From Pseudomonadota bacterium (lineage in GTDB: Bacteria > Campylobacterota > Campylobacteria > Campylobacterales > Sulfurimonadaceae), in assembly GCA_043797085.1 (NCBI GenBank), contig JAZDQA010000014.1, positions 64,001-128,000 on the forward strand: DNA of 64,000 bases, written 5' to 3'. The notes under the pieces were generated by a model, which had not been told where the DNA came from, searched no databases, and was given only the letters and a program-made list of their open reading frames with translations. The translations under genes and the position numbers were made by a program. Shown here in pieces: positions 48,529 through 59,172 of this stretch (within the stretch, counting starts at the first letter, position 1; each line of letters starts with the position of its first letter).

Positions 48529-50607
48529 ATGAAAAAAACACTTTCTCTTGTGGCATGTGCTGCAATCTGTACCCTTGCCTCTGCTAACGAAGCCCATCTC
48601 GATACCATCACCGTCGATGGATCTATAACTACCGTCATCCAGCACAAAGGCTTACTCAAAGATTTGGTTGAAAAAACGGAAGTGATTGACAAAAAAGAAC
48701 TTGAGCATACACAATCTTCCACTCTCGCCGAAGCCATCGGTCAAGAAGTGGGAATCAACGTCACTACCGGCTGTTCCATCTGCGGACTTAAACGGGTACA
48801 AATAAATGGTCTTAAAGGGGAACATACGACGGTATTGATCGACGGTATCCCTTTTAATTCAACGGTATCGAGTTTTTACGGTATGGACGCTATCGGCACT
48901 TCGGACATCGAAAGTATCGAGATTGCTCGCGGGGCAGGAACGTCGCTTACAGCACCTGAAGCCATCGGCGGAACCATCAACATTATCCCTCGTAAACCGC
49001 GTAACAATGCTATTGAAACGGATCTCTCCGTAGGAACATTGGGAACCAAAAACTACTCCGTTTTGGGTGAAGCCATGAGTGCCGACAAAAAAACCGGCAT
49101 ACTCGTTTCAGCGTCCTATCACACTCAAGATCAAGTCGATAACGATCACAATGGTGTCAGTGAATCTCCAAGTTTGGAAAATCAATCTTTATCTCTTATG
49201 GTGACACATGAGCTTTCACCTTATGATTCGATCGAACTCAAAGCGAGCCATTTTACCTCCAACTCATTTGGCGGACCGATGACTTCAGAAAGTTCGGCGG
49301 TAGCGAGCTATAACCCAGCTAGCAACGATCCCGCATTTGTAGGTGGTAATGTTAACAATCCTCTCAGCAGCCAACCTATGTCGGTACTGGAGCGTATCAA
49401 CACAACCCGCGATGAAATCTACCTCAAACAGCGCCATACCTTCAACGGTACCATGAACCTCCAAACGACTCTCGCCTACGCCAAGCAATTTCAAGATTCT
49501 CTCTATGAAGGGGCGGATTATCTCAATACCGACACAACCTATTTCGGCGATATTAAAATCGATCATGCCCTCAACAACAACCATTTCTTAACCTATGGAA
49601 CCGATGCCAAAATCGAAACGGCACGCTCTCAATCGGTCGCATTTTTCGATGTTGCCAATATGGATAAAGATGATTTTGATTACACGGCATTGGGACTATA
49701 TGCCCAAGACGCATGGATGATCGACGATAAAAATGAACTCACACTTGCATTACGTGGTGCAAAAATCACCACCGACTGGCGTGCCAAAACAGCGCAAGGT
49801 AACGAAATCGATGAAACCATGCTCGTACCGCGTTTACTCTGGCGACACAACCATACTAATGATTTGACTTCACGTCTCAGTGCCGGAATGGGGTATCGTG
49901 CTCCGTTGACTTTTTTCGAATCAGAGCACGGACTTCTTGACAGCGGATTTGATATGGCAATCACCGAACTGGAAAAATCCAAAGGGGCAAGTTATGCGCT
50001 CTCGTATGATGCACATGGATTAAATATTACCGCATCCGCTGCTTATACACAGGTGAAAAATCTCGCTTACATCGACGACTCTGCAGCAACACCGGTATTG
50101 CGCAATAGCACTGAAGCCGTCAGTGTCAAAAATGCTGATATTGCCATCGGCTATGAAGTCATGGAAGGGCTAAACCTCTCAGGTGTTTACGAAATGTATC
50201 GCTACGATGATGTCTATAAATCGCACCTTTCCCTAGCTGCCATCGAGCAACGTGCCCGCTTCAGTGTCGATTATGACATCAACGGTTGGGAGTTGTATAC
50301 GGAAGCCACATGGGTCGGTGCACGTGATTTAACCCCTTATGGATACACGGATCGCTATAATGATTTAGCCCTTGCCTCTCCTAAAAATACAACAGCTCCA
50401 GCCTACACAACCGTCGATCTTAAAATTTCAAAAGAGCTGAATAAAAATTTTACCGTATATGCGGGAGCAAAAAATCTCTTTGATACCGTCCAAACGGATA
50501 CCGAGTCACCTCTTTTTTACGATGCCACCGGCGGATTTGATTCGGCTCACATTTGGGGACCGTTACGCGGACGAATGGTGTATGCCGGGATAAAAGCCGC
50601 GTTTTAA
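48529..50607 (+). CDS. TonB-dependent receptor with CxxC in the plug
   Basis: Signal peptide, DTITV TonB box, GCSICG, LIDG, IEIARG, C-terminal F. Confidence 0.93.
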   Translation: MKKTLSLVACAAICTLASANEAHLDTITVDGSITTVIQHKGLLKDLVEKTEVIDKKELEHTQSSTLAEAIGQEVGINVTTGCSICGLKRVQINGLKGEHTTVLIDGIPFNSTVSSFYGMDAIGTSDIESIEIARGAGTSLTAPEAIGGTINIIPRKPRNNAIETDLSVGTLGTKNYSVLGEAMSADKKTGILVSASYHTQDQVDNDHNGVSESPSLENQSLSLMVTHELSPYDSIELKASHFTSNSFGGPMTSESSAVASYNPASNDPAFVGGNVNNPLSSQPMSVLERINTTRDEIYLKQRHTFNGTMNLQTTLAYAKQFQDSLYEGADYLNTDTTYFGDIKIDHALNNNHFLTYGTDAKIETARSQSVAFFDVANMDKDDFDYTALGLYAQDAWMIDDKNELTLALRGAKITTDWRAKTAQGNEIDETMLVPRLLWRHNHTNDLTSRLSAGMGYRAPLTFFESEHGLLDSGFDMAITELEKSKGASYALSYDAHGLNITASAAYTQVKNLAYIDDSAATPVLRNSTEAVSVKNADIAIGYEVMEGLNLSGVYEMYRYDDVYKSHLSLAAIEQRARFSVDYDINGWELYTEATWVGARDLTPYGYTDRYNDLALASPKNTTAPAYTTVDLKISKELNKNFTVYAGAKNLFDTVQTDTESPLFYDATGGFDSAHIWGPLRGRMVYAGIKAAF

Positions 50608-50631
50608 CATAAAAGTGCGTTACAATAGTAA

Positions 50632-51750
50632 ATGCAAAGCTCATCCCCTGCCACTCTTGAGATTGTCCATGATCACTCGGGGACAATCTTCGTGTGCAGC
50701 GGGGAATGGACATTAAATTATCTTAAAACCATTGCACTCACCCTCGAATCATACCAACTGACTTCATCCATAATTTGGGATATTAACAATGTTACCGAAC
50801 TCGATTCTGCCGGTGTTGCTCTTTGGCATTTGTATTATCGTAAATTTGAAAAAATGGGATTTGCCTCCGAGATGATCGGGAGTAAAAAAGAACACCTTCA
50901 GCTTTATAACCTCCTCTATCCCCATCCTCAGGACGATGTAACAGTACCAAATCGCCCAGGATGGCTTTATCGTGTCGGAAAGGAAGCCTATTTATCATTC
51001 CAAGGAATAGGAACTTTTCTAACTTTTTTAGGCGAAGTATTCACCGTTCTTCTTTACAGTTTACGACACCCTTCTATCATTCGATACCGATCCATCAGTT
51101 CTCACATTACGACCGCAGGGTTTGATGCACTTCCTATTATTGCCGTTAGCGCTTTTTTGATCGGAGTGGTAGTGGCTTTCCAGAGTATTGTTCAGCTTCA
51201 AAAATTCGGTGCTGATATTCTCATCGTCGATATGATTGGAATTTCTCTAACACGTGAACTCGCACCCCTCATCACGGCTATTGTTATTGCAGGTCGAAGC
51301 GGTTCTGCCTTCACTGCACAAATCGGTGCCATGAAAATGACCCAAGAAATTGACGCGATGAAAACGATGGGATTTCATCCGCATCTTTTTTTAGTCTGGC
51401 CGCGCGTTATTGCCTTGATGATTGTATTACCTCTCTTAATATTTTTTGCTGATCTCGTTGGGATATTTGGAGGGATGGTCATCGCATCTACCCAATCGCA
51501 CCTATCCTACACGGAATTTATCAACCGTCTGCAAGGGGCACTGCCCATTAAACATTTCATTATTGGAATAGTAAAAGGACCTTTTTTCGCCATTTTAATT
51601 GCTCTGACTGGTACCTATCGAGGATTTCAAGTCTCTGCAAATACCGAGAGTATAGGGCAATACACCACCAAAAGTGTTGTTAACGCCATTTTCCTTGTTA
51701 TTGCATGCGACGCTCTTTTCTCTATTCTTTTGACGGAGCTCAAGATATGA
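50632..51750 (+). CDS. mlaE: MlaE-family ABC permease with N-terminal STAS domain
   Basis: LDSAG; RELAPLITAIVIAGRSGSA; EIDAM. Confidence 0.9.
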   Translation: MQSSSPATLEIVHDHSGTIFVCSGEWTLNYLKTIALTLESYQLTSSIIWDINNVTELDSAGVALWHLYYRKFEKMGFASEMIGSKKEHLQLYNLLYPHPQDDVTVPNRPGWLYRVGKEAYLSFQGIGTFLTFLGEVFTVLLYSLRHPSIIRYRSISSHITTAGFDALPIIAVSAFLIGVVVAFQSIVQLQKFGADILIVDMIGISLTRELAPLITAIVIAGRSGSAFTAQIGAMKMTQEIDAMKTMGFHPHLFLVWPRVIALMIVLPLLIFFADLVGIFGGMVIASTQSHLSYTEFINRLQGALPIKHFIIGIVKGPFFAILIALTGTYRGFQVSANTESIGQYTTKSVVNAIFLVIACDALFSILLTELKI

Positions 51751-52502
51751 GCCCCATTGTCATTGAAGCATCTAATATTGTTAGTTCTTTTGGAGAGCAT
51801 CTCATTCACGATGATATCAGCTGTACGATTCGACAACATGAAATTTATGCCCTGCTGGGAGGAAGCGGATCCGGTAAATCAACGTTACTGCGAGAAATGA
51901 TTATGCTGGGAAAACCCTCAAGCGGCTCAATCCGTATTTTTGGAAATGACATTGCCCACTTATCACTGGCAGAAGCTCAAAAACTCCGTCAACAATGGGG
52001 AGTATTATTTCAATCAGGGGCCCTCTATTCTTCTCTTACCGTAGGTGAAAATATTGCTCTTTTGTATCAAGAATACACCGATCTTCCGCCCAACCTCATC
52101 CATGAACTCATTAAACTCAAAATCGATCTGGTTGGTCTGCCTCAACACGCGATTCACCTCTATCCAAGTGAACTAAGCGGTGGAATGGTTAAACGGGCAT
52201 CTCTTGCCCGTGCTCTTGCTCTTGATCCGAAACTTTTATTTTTAGATGAGCCTACTTCGGGTCTTGATCCGTTGAGTTCACGGCAATTTGATGCATTGAT
52301 TCAACAACTTCGTGATCTCTTGGGGCTAACCATTGTCATCGTTACCCATGATTTGGATACGATACATCATATCGTAGATCGCTTCTTGTTGTTGGGTGAA
52401 AAAAAAGCGATTGCGGAGGGGACACTTGAGGAAGTCCTTGCCATTAAACACCCTATTATCGATTATTTTTTTCAAAAGGAAACACATGGAATCAAAAGTT
52501 AA
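51747..52502 (+). CDS. mlaF: MlaF-family ABC ATP-binding protein
   Basis: GGSGSGKS, LSGGMVKR, DEPTSGLDP. Confidence 0.9.
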   Translation: MSPIVIEASNIVSSFGEHLIHDDISCTIRQHEIYALLGGSGSGKSTLLREMIMLGKPSSGSIRIFGNDIAHLSLAEAQKLRQQWGVLFQSGALYSSLTVGENIALLYQEYTDLPPNLIHELIKLKIDLVGLPQHAIHLYPSELSGGMVKRASLARALALDPKLLFLDEPTSGLDPLSSRQFDALIQQLRDLLGLTIVIVTHDLDTIHHIVDRFLLLGEKKAIAEGTLEEVLAIKHPIIDYFFQKETHGIKS

Positions 52503-53454
52503 CTATACTCTTGTCGGATTTTTTGTCCTTCTATTGAGCGGTGCAATGATTGCTTTTGCTTTTTGGCTTGGAAAATACAATGACGATGAAAAACAATACC
52601 AACTCTACAAAGTCTACATCACCGAATCCATCTCAGGGCTCGCTCCTGAAGCCGCTGTAAAATTTCACGGCGTTGATGTCGGCAAAGTAGAGACCATACA
52701 GATTAATCCGCTCAACAGTGAAGAGGTTGAACTGATTTTAAAAATCAAAAAAGAGACGCCTATTCGAATCGATTCTATGGCAACACTTAAATTTTTCGGA
52801 ATCACGGGCTTGGCTTTTATTGAAATAGCCGGAGGTTCGAAAAATTCACCCCTGCTTATGACGTCTAAAAACGACATTGCCATTATCCCCACCGCTCCCT
52901 CTCTTATCAAACGGCTTGATGAAACCCTTAGCAGTGTCGTTACCAAACTCTCCGACACCCTCGATCACACCAATGCTATCATGAGCGACGACAATACGAA
53001 AAACTTTTCCGTAACGCTTCAAAATCTAAAAATACTGACGCAACGGATGAATAGCTACCAAGACGAAATCGATTTATTACTAAAAAATTCGATACAAACC
53101 GGCAAAAAGCTAGATGAAACCATGCTAAAAGTGGGAACTTCCGCCGATAAAGTAGGTAGCTCTATGGATACCTTCAAAGTTACTATGAGAGACAGCCTCT
53201 CCCCTACCATGAAAGCATGGACAGAAACCTCCAAAAAAAGCAATGTCCTCATCGAAAAGATCGAAACGTCTATGGACCGTGGTGATTATGATTTTCAAGC
53301 CATAGCGTCTGACTCAACCGTTGAACTCAATGCTCTTTTACTCCAATCGCGTTCACTGCTAAGCGAGATGGAACTCACCCTAAAATCATTGCGCGAAAGC
53401 CCGTCCGATGTACTTTTCAAAGAATCCACACCCAATCCAGGACCAGGAGAATGA
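52486..53454 (+). CDS. mlaD: MlaD/MCE family protein
   Basis: MESKVNYTLVG, SGL..AVKFHGVDVGKV, GITG. Confidence 0.9.
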   Translation: MESKVNYTLVGFFVLLLSGAMIAFAFWLGKYNDDEKQYQLYKVYITESISGLAPEAAVKFHGVDVGKVETIQINPLNSEEVELILKIKKETPIRIDSMATLKFFGITGLAFIEIAGGSKNSPLLMTSKNDIAIIPTAPSLIKRLDETLSSVVTKLSDTLDHTNAIMSDDNTKNFSVTLQNLKILTQRMNSYQDEIDLLLKNSIQTGKKLDETMLKVGTSADKVGSSMDTFKVTMRDSLSPTMKAWTETSKKSNVLIEKIETSMDRGDYDFQAIASDSTVELNALLLQSRSLLSEMELTLKSLRESPSDVLFKESTPNPGPGE

Positions 53455-53458
53455 TCGA

Positions 53459-54070
53459 ATGAAAACTATCCTTTTAACCACGCTTATTACCTTTATTTTG
53501 GCAGGATGTTCCTCGCTTCACCCGTCACTGCATGAATATACTATTCTCCCCTCCTACATGCCGCGAGCTGCGACAATGCTTCCTGTCAAGGCTACGCTTA
53601 AAGTCTCATCCACTAGAAGTATCCCCTCCCTCTCATCAACGCAGATTTACTACCTCAAAGACACATCTCGCCTTGATGCTTATTTGTACAGCACTTGGAC
53701 GGACTCTCCCTCCAGTATGATAGACCGATCGCTTTATTCCTCTCTGCAAAATCGGCAACTTTTTACCACACTCATTCCAACGACTTCAAGCGCAATGGCG
53801 GATTTAATCTTGGAATCGGATCTCAATGCATTTTATCATCGTTTTCTTGACGATTCAAAGAGCGAAGGGGTGATTGACATTACCTATCGGCTCATAGATC
53901 TAAAAACCAAAACGGCTCTTGGTTCAAAACGCTTTTTTATTACAGAACCTGCACTTTCTGCCAATGCACAAGGGGGAGTAAATGCCCTCACAAAAGCAAC
54001 ACAACGCCTCAGTGAAAACACAACCGACTGGCTCGAAACAGTTGGAAAGGAAAACCAATGGATAAAATAG
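53459..54070 (+). CDS. ABC-type transport auxiliary lipoprotein (PqiC-like)
   Basis: Lipobox LAGC, YSTWTDSP. Confidence 0.85.
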   Translation: MKTILLTTLITFILAGCSSLHPSLHEYTILPSYMPRAATMLPVKATLKVSSTRSIPSLSSTQIYYLKDTSRLDAYLYSTWTDSPSSMIDRSLYSSLQNRQLFTTLIPTTSSAMADLILESDLNAFYHRFLDDSKSEGVIDITYRLIDLKTKTALGSKRFFITEPALSANAQGGVNALTKATQRLSENTTDWLETVGKENQWIK

Positions 54071-55038
54071 CCATACTCTGCTCAGGTGGCGATGTATCGG
54101 GAATGAACCCTGCTATCAAGCGTTTCGTTGAGTACTCATTTGCCAAAGGCATGCAGCCTTTTTTTGTCTACAACGGCTATGAAGGGCTGATTGATGATGA
54201 GATCAGAGAAGCACATTATGAAGACGTTGCCGGAATAATAACGCGCGGAGGAACCAAAATCCGATCAGCACGTTCAACCCGTTTTAAAGAAGCTTCCTAT
54301 CGTGCAATAGCAGCACAAAACTTGCGGAATAAAGGGATCACAAAACTGATTGTTCTCGGCGGTGATGGGAGCTTTCGAGGAATGGAACGTTTTTATAACG
54401 AATGCGGTATCGCGTTTTGCGGTATCCCCTCTACTATCGATAATGATATCAACGGAACCGACTACTGCCTAGGAGTCGATACGGCACTCAATGTCATCAA
54501 AAATGCGATTGATTCCATCCGCGATACCGCTTCCTCTTTTCGACGTGCTTTTGTGATTGAAACCATGGGACGCGATTGCGGCTATCTCGCCCTCGTCTCT
54601 GCCATCACATCCGGTGCTGAAGTGTGTTTGATACCTGAAATCCCCATTGACATCATCGAATATAAAGGATGTTTTGAATCGCAAATACGCAAAGGTCGAG
54701 ATTATTTTATCGCTGTCGTCTCTGAAGGTCTTAAAAATTCTAATGAGGTCGCACGATGGTTTGAAGAAGAGCTAGGGTTTGAATCACGTGTCAGTATACT
54801 GGGACATATTCAACGAGGAGGCAATCCAAGCGTGTATGATAGATTGATGGCGTATCAGTTTGTTACACACGCCATCAATGCCTTAGTAGAGGGAAAAAAC
54901 AACTCTGTCATCTGCTATACCAAGAGTCATTTTAATTTTAAATCCATTGACGAAGTCGCCCTTAACCCCTACCGATTAGACGAAGAACTTCTCACTCTGG
55001 GTCGAGAGCAATTTATACCGATAAAATGTCAAGCCTAA
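54058..55038 (+). CDS. pfkA: 6-phosphofructokinase
   Basis: SGGDVSGMN, GGDGS, TIDND, MGR, GHIQRGG. Confidence 0.93.
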   Translation: MDKIAILCSGGDVSGMNPAIKRFVEYSFAKGMQPFFVYNGYEGLIDDEIREAHYEDVAGIITRGGTKIRSARSTRFKEASYRAIAAQNLRNKGITKLIVLGGDGSFRGMERFYNECGIAFCGIPSTIDNDINGTDYCLGVDTALNVIKNAIDSIRDTASSFRRAFVIETMGRDCGYLALVSAITSGAEVCLIPEIPIDIIEYKGCFESQIRKGRDYFIAVVSEGLKNSNEVARWFEEELGFESRVSILGHIQRGGNPSVYDRLMAYQFVTHAINALVEGKNNSVICYTKSHFNFKSIDEVALNPYRLDEELLTLGREQFIPIKCQA

Positions 55039-55049
55039 AATTCAAAAAT

Positions 55050-55373
55050 TTAGCAAGGAGGAAGATTCCCTGAATCGGATCCGTATTCAAACAAGAAATC
55101 TCGAATATGCTTCGATTTATCTTTGAATTCATTTCCATTAAAATAACTTTCTGCTTTTGTCCCTGCGTGTTTATCAATAAGAATTTTTTCATCTGTAAAC
55201 AGTTCATTCCATTCATCTTGCGTATGCATTGCAGCCCCTTTAACTCCGCTACCATGACAATCTTTACAACTTTTAACATACCATTTCTGACCTTTGGCAA
55301 TATCAGCTAAAGCATTCGTCTGAATCATTCCAATACACACTATCGTAAGAAGAAAAAATGAGGCTGATTTCAT
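55050..55373 (-). CDS. Periplasmic monoheme cytochrome c
   Basis: Signal peptide, CKDCH, C-terminal SDSGNLPPC. Confidence 0.88.
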   Translation of the reverse strand: MKSASFFLLTIVCIGMIQTNALADIAKGQKWYVKSCKDCHGSGVKGAAMHTQDEWNELFTDEKILIDKHAGTKAESYFNGNEFKDKSKHIRDFLFEYGSDSGNLPPC

Positions 55374-55484
55374 TCTATATATTTCCTTTAGTTATAAATT
55401 AAGAATAATAATATCTTATGAAAAATTAATAGACGATTAAGTTGGAAAAACGAAACGAAGAAAGAAGAATAAAACTGAAAGATT

Positions 55485-55509
55485 TAAAAAGATGCCCCGA
55501 GAGGGACAT
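55485..55509 (-). terminator. Rho-independent terminator between the cytochrome c paralogs
   Basis: ATGTCCC-tctc-GGGGCAT followed by CTTTTT. Confidence 0.6.
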
Positions 55510-55518
55510 GATTGAAAG

Positions 55519-55851
55519 TTATCCGCAAGAAGGAACGTTGCCTGAATCCGAACCGTACTCAAACAAGAAATCGCGTAAATCTTGTGATTGTTCTTTAAAA
55601 GCATCGCCATTAAAGTACGCAGCAGATTTATCTTTAGCGTGTGCTTTGATAATTTTTGCTCCGCCATTAGCGAACAGATCATCCCACTCGTCTTGTGTAT
55701 GCATAGCAGCACCTTTAGTACCGTTACCATGACAATTTTTACAAGTTTTCAAGTATGTTTTTTGACCTTTTTTGACATCAGCAGATGCACTAGTTGCCAT
55801 CATACCAACCGCAACAAAAGTTGCAAGCAATAATGAAGTTGATTTCATCAT
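55519..55851 (-). CDS. Periplasmic monoheme cytochrome c (paralog)
   Basis: Signal peptide, CKNCH, C-terminal SDSGNVPSCG. Confidence 0.9.
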   Translation of the reverse strand: MMKSTSLLLATFVAVGMMATSASADVKKGQKTYLKTCKNCHGNGTKGAAMHTQDEWDDLFANGGAKIIKAHAKDKSAAYFNGDAFKEQSQDLRDFLFEYGSDSGNVPSCG

Positions 55852-55930
55852 ACAATTTCCTTTTTTTTAAAATATCAAGAGCATCATATCTCAGAAAGAA
55901 TAAATAGACGATTAATAAATCACATTGACA

Positions 55931-56272
55931 TCACACTTCTTCGGCGATCTCCACTTTTTCTTCTTTAACTTTATTGGCACGCACTTCCAAACGAATCTTA
56001 TCCTGACGAACTTTTCGGTACGCCTTGTATTGCGCTTTGGTCAACGCTTCACCCTCAAGGGCAACTTCGGCACCAATTTCTTCTACCGAACAGCCGCCTT
56101 CATTCATCATAATCATACGGAGCTCTTTTTTCGTCAAATGACGCTTTAACGATGCATACAGTTCTCTCTCATCTTCTTCGATTTCAACAGCAGCACAGCC
56201 ATAAAGTCCTACTAATACTTCTCGAATCGTTTTTTCTGGGTTGTAACGCAACCATAGTGAATTTTCTAACAT
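55931..56272 (-). CDS. Hypothetical protein (start uncertain, probably downstream)
   Basis: C-terminal 'LKRHLTKKELR...KAYRK' segment looks coding; possibly HTH-like. Confidence 0.6.
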   Translation of the reverse strand: MLENSLWLRYNPEKTIREVLVGLYGCAAVEIEEDERELYASLKRHLTKKELRMIMMNEGGCSVEEIGAEVALEGEALTKAQYKAYRKVRQDKIRLEVRANKVKEEKVEIAEEV

Positions 56273-56901
56273 TAAATAAATACCTTCGTAATAATTTGGG
56301 TGAGGTCTTTGATGTCAATAATGACATTGGCCTCTTTTTTTAAAATCTCTTTGGCACAAAATGCCACACGAGTTCCGGCATGAGCGAACATCGACCGATC
56401 ATTTGCTCCATCGCCCACCGCCATTGTTTCTTCAGGTGTAATGCTCAAAAGCTCTTGCAAGCGTAACAGCATATCCCCTTTAGAAAAATCGAACATCATA
56501 TCTCCACCGACAAGTCCACTGAGTTTTCCATCTTTTTCATGCAACACATTGGAAAAATCGGCATCGTATCCAAGGATACTTTTCGCATGCGAAGTCGCCG
56601 AGCGAAAACCTCCGCTAAAACAAACGACTTTAATACCGCGTGCTTTAAGTGCCGAGATTGTCTCGATTGCACCCGGCATATAGGGGAGATTATGACAAAT
56701 TTTTTCTACTTTGGAAAATTCCAAACCTTCCAACAGCCCTACTCTCTCACGTAACGATTCAAAAAAATCGAGTTCCCCATTCATTGCCCGCTGCGTAATC
56801 TCACTGACTTTCGCCCCGATTCCTAAAGCTTCAGCGAAAAAATCAATGGTTTCACCATCCATCAGTGTCGAATCAAAATCAAATACTGCTAACTTAATCA
56901 A
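56272..56901 (-). CDS. serB: Phosphoserine phosphatase
   Basis: DFDST, SGGF, GDGAND. Confidence 0.96.
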   Translation of the reverse strand: MIKLAVFDFDSTLMDGETIDFFAEALGIGAKVSEITQRAMNGELDFFESLRERVGLLEGLEFSKVEKICHNLPYMPGAIETISALKARGIKVVCFSGGFRSATSHAKSILGYDADFSNVLHEKDGKLSGLVGGDMMFDFSKGDMLLRLQELLSITPEETMAVGDGANDRSMFAHAGTRVAFCAKEILKKEANVIIDIKDLTQIITKVFI

Positions 56902-56952
56902 AAGACATAATCCTCTTTGTTATAATAATGCAATTATATCCAAAGGCATCTT

Positions 56953-57855
56953 TTGTTTGAACCTTTTATCGATAAACTCCGTAACAGTACTTTTATAACA
57001 CTTGAAACAACTCCCTCGCGTTCAGCACAGTTTGCTCCCACAATCGAAAAAATTGCGGCTTTGGGTCTTGATAAACTCGTGGATGGATTCAGCACCACCG
57101 ACAACCCGCTGGCTAAATTAAAATACAATGCTCTCTTTGCCGCAATGAAACTCCAAGATCGTTTCGGCAAACCAACACTCGCCACGATGAGCATGCGTGA
57201 CCGCAACCGTATCGCCTTGCAAAGCGATCTCCTCGGAGCCAACGAATCAAACGTCCGCGCAATCCTCGCTCTCACGGGTGACAGCGCCCACTATTCCGAC
57301 CAGCCACACGCCAAAGGGGTATTTGAGGGCAACAGCAAACTCCTCCTCGACATTATCACAACCCTCAACAACGGTACCGATATGGCGGAACAAAAACTCA
57401 TCGCTCCAGTGCAGGAGATTTACCCGTTCGCCGTTATCGATGCCTATGCCAAAAGTGCTGCAACGCTACAGAAAAAAATGACCAAAAAAGTAGCCCACGG
57501 AGCCATCGCTATCATCTCTCAACCTGTCTATGATCTCGAAAATGCTCGTAAACTGCTCGATATGATGGCGGAAGCCAACCGTGAAAATAATGCCGATTGT
57601 GTATTACTCTTAGGCTATTTCCCGATCACGAAACTCCGCACCGCCCGCTTTTTAGATGAAAATGTACCAGGGATTTATGTTCCTCACGCATGGGTAGAGG
57701 CACTTGAAGCCGCTTCGCAAATCAGCCCAGAAGAAGAGTACCGCGTGGGATTTGAGTTGAGTAAAACTCTTTTTGAAGAACTAAAAGCACTTCATCCGAA
57801 AATACATATCATGACGGCAAATCAGTTTGAACTCGCCAAGGCGATTTTGAGCTAA
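56953..57855 (+). CDS. metF: Methylenetetrahydrofolate reductase family protein
   Basis: RDRNRIALQSDLLG, LALTGD, ISQPVY, VPG. Confidence 0.85.
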   Translation: MFEPFIDKLRNSTFITLETTPSRSAQFAPTIEKIAALGLDKLVDGFSTTDNPLAKLKYNALFAAMKLQDRFGKPTLATMSMRDRNRIALQSDLLGANESNVRAILALTGDSAHYSDQPHAKGVFEGNSKLLLDIITTLNNGTDMAEQKLIAPVQEIYPFAVIDAYAKSAATLQKKMTKKVAHGAIAIISQPVYDLENARKLLDMMAEANRENNADCVLLLGYFPITKLRTARFLDENVPGIYVPHAWVEALEAASQISPEEEYRVGFELSKTLFEELKALHPKIHIMTANQFELAKAILS

Positions 57856-57910
57856 TTTCAGCCTCTTTTAGCTATAATCGATCATTATTAAATAGCAGGA
57901 ATACTCCCTT

Positions 57911-59155
57911 ATGATCGATGTAAAACTTCTCCAGAAAAATTTTGACGAAACCGCAACGGCGCTGATGCGCAAAAAAGTCTCAAGCGAGATAATCGCGGAG
58001 CTAAAAACTGCCAATGAAACCCTCAAAACCGCTAAACTCGCCTACGAGACATTGCAAGCCAAACAAAACGAACTCAGCCGTCTTTTCGGTCAGTACAAAA
58101 AAGAGGGGAAAAGTACCGATGAGTTGAAAATCGAAGTTGATGCGAACAAAGCAACCCTAAACGATCTCCTCGATACACAACGCTGTGCCGAAGAAGCTCT
58201 CGATGCGATCATCATGCGCGTTCCGAACATTCCCGATGCCGATGTACCCGATGGTGAGGATGAAAACGATAATATCGAAATCCGTAAAGTCCTCACTCCT
58301 CCAACCTTCACATTCACCCCTAAAGAGCACTGGGAACTCGCTGAGCAAAACGGCTGGATCGATTTCGAGCGCGGTGTTAAACTTGCAAAAAGCCGTTTTA
58401 GTGTCGTAAGCGGGATGGGAGCACGTTTGGAACGTGCCCTCATCAATTTTATGCTCGATTTTAACCGTGAACGAGGATTTCAAGAATTCAGCGTTCCGAT
58501 GCTCGTAAACCGTCGTGCATTGGAGGGGACAGGACAGCTTCCGAAATTCGAAGAGGATCTGTTCAAAGTCGAAGAGGAAGAACTCTATCTCATCCCAACG
58601 GCGGAAGTACCTCTCACCAACATCTACCAAGACGAGATCCTCAACAGTTCCGAGTTGCCGATCAAAATGACGGGATACACATCGTGTTTTCGTAAAGAGG
58701 CAGGTTCGGGCGGACGTGACGTACGCGGGATGATCCGTCAGCATCAGTTTCACAAAGTGGAACTCGTCTCCATCACCCGTGCCGATCAAAGTGACGCGGT
58801 GTTTGAAGAGATGGTTGAGTGTGCCTCTGATTTGCTTACCGCATTGGAACTTCCTCACCGTCTCGTTACTCTCTGCACGGGCGATTTAGGATTCGGTGCG
58901 GCGCGAACGGTCGATCTCGAAGTTTGGCTTCCGGGGCAAAATACCTACCGTGAAATCAGCTCTGTCTCCAACACACGGGACTTTCAAGCCCGTCGTGCGA
59001 AGATCCGCTACAAAGAAGAGGGAAAAAATATCCTCGCTCACACCCTAAACGGTTCAAGTTTAGCGGTCGGACGGACGATGGTAGCTATTATGGAAAATTT
59101 CCAACAAGAAGATGGCAGTATCATTATCCCTGCCGTATTGCAAAAATACCTCTAA
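57911..59155 (+). CDS. serS: Serine-tRNA ligase
   Basis: LIPTAEV, FRKEAG, RQHQF, HTLNGS. Confidence 0.98.
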   Translation: MIDVKLLQKNFDETATALMRKKVSSEIIAELKTANETLKTAKLAYETLQAKQNELSRLFGQYKKEGKSTDELKIEVDANKATLNDLLDTQRCAEEALDAIIMRVPNIPDADVPDGEDENDNIEIRKVLTPPTFTFTPKEHWELAEQNGWIDFERGVKLAKSRFSVVSGMGARLERALINFMLDFNRERGFQEFSVPMLVNRRALEGTGQLPKFEEDLFKVEEEELYLIPTAEVPLTNIYQDEILNSSELPIKMTGYTSCFRKEAGSGGRDVRGMIRQHQFHKVELVSITRADQSDAVFEEMVECASDLLTALELPHRLVTLCTGDLGFGAARTVDLEVWLPGQNTYREISSVSNTRDFQARRAKIRYKEEGKNILAHTLNGSSLAVGRTMVAIMENFQQEDGSIIIPAVLQKYL

Positions 59156-59172
59156 AAGGTTAAAGAGAGCCC

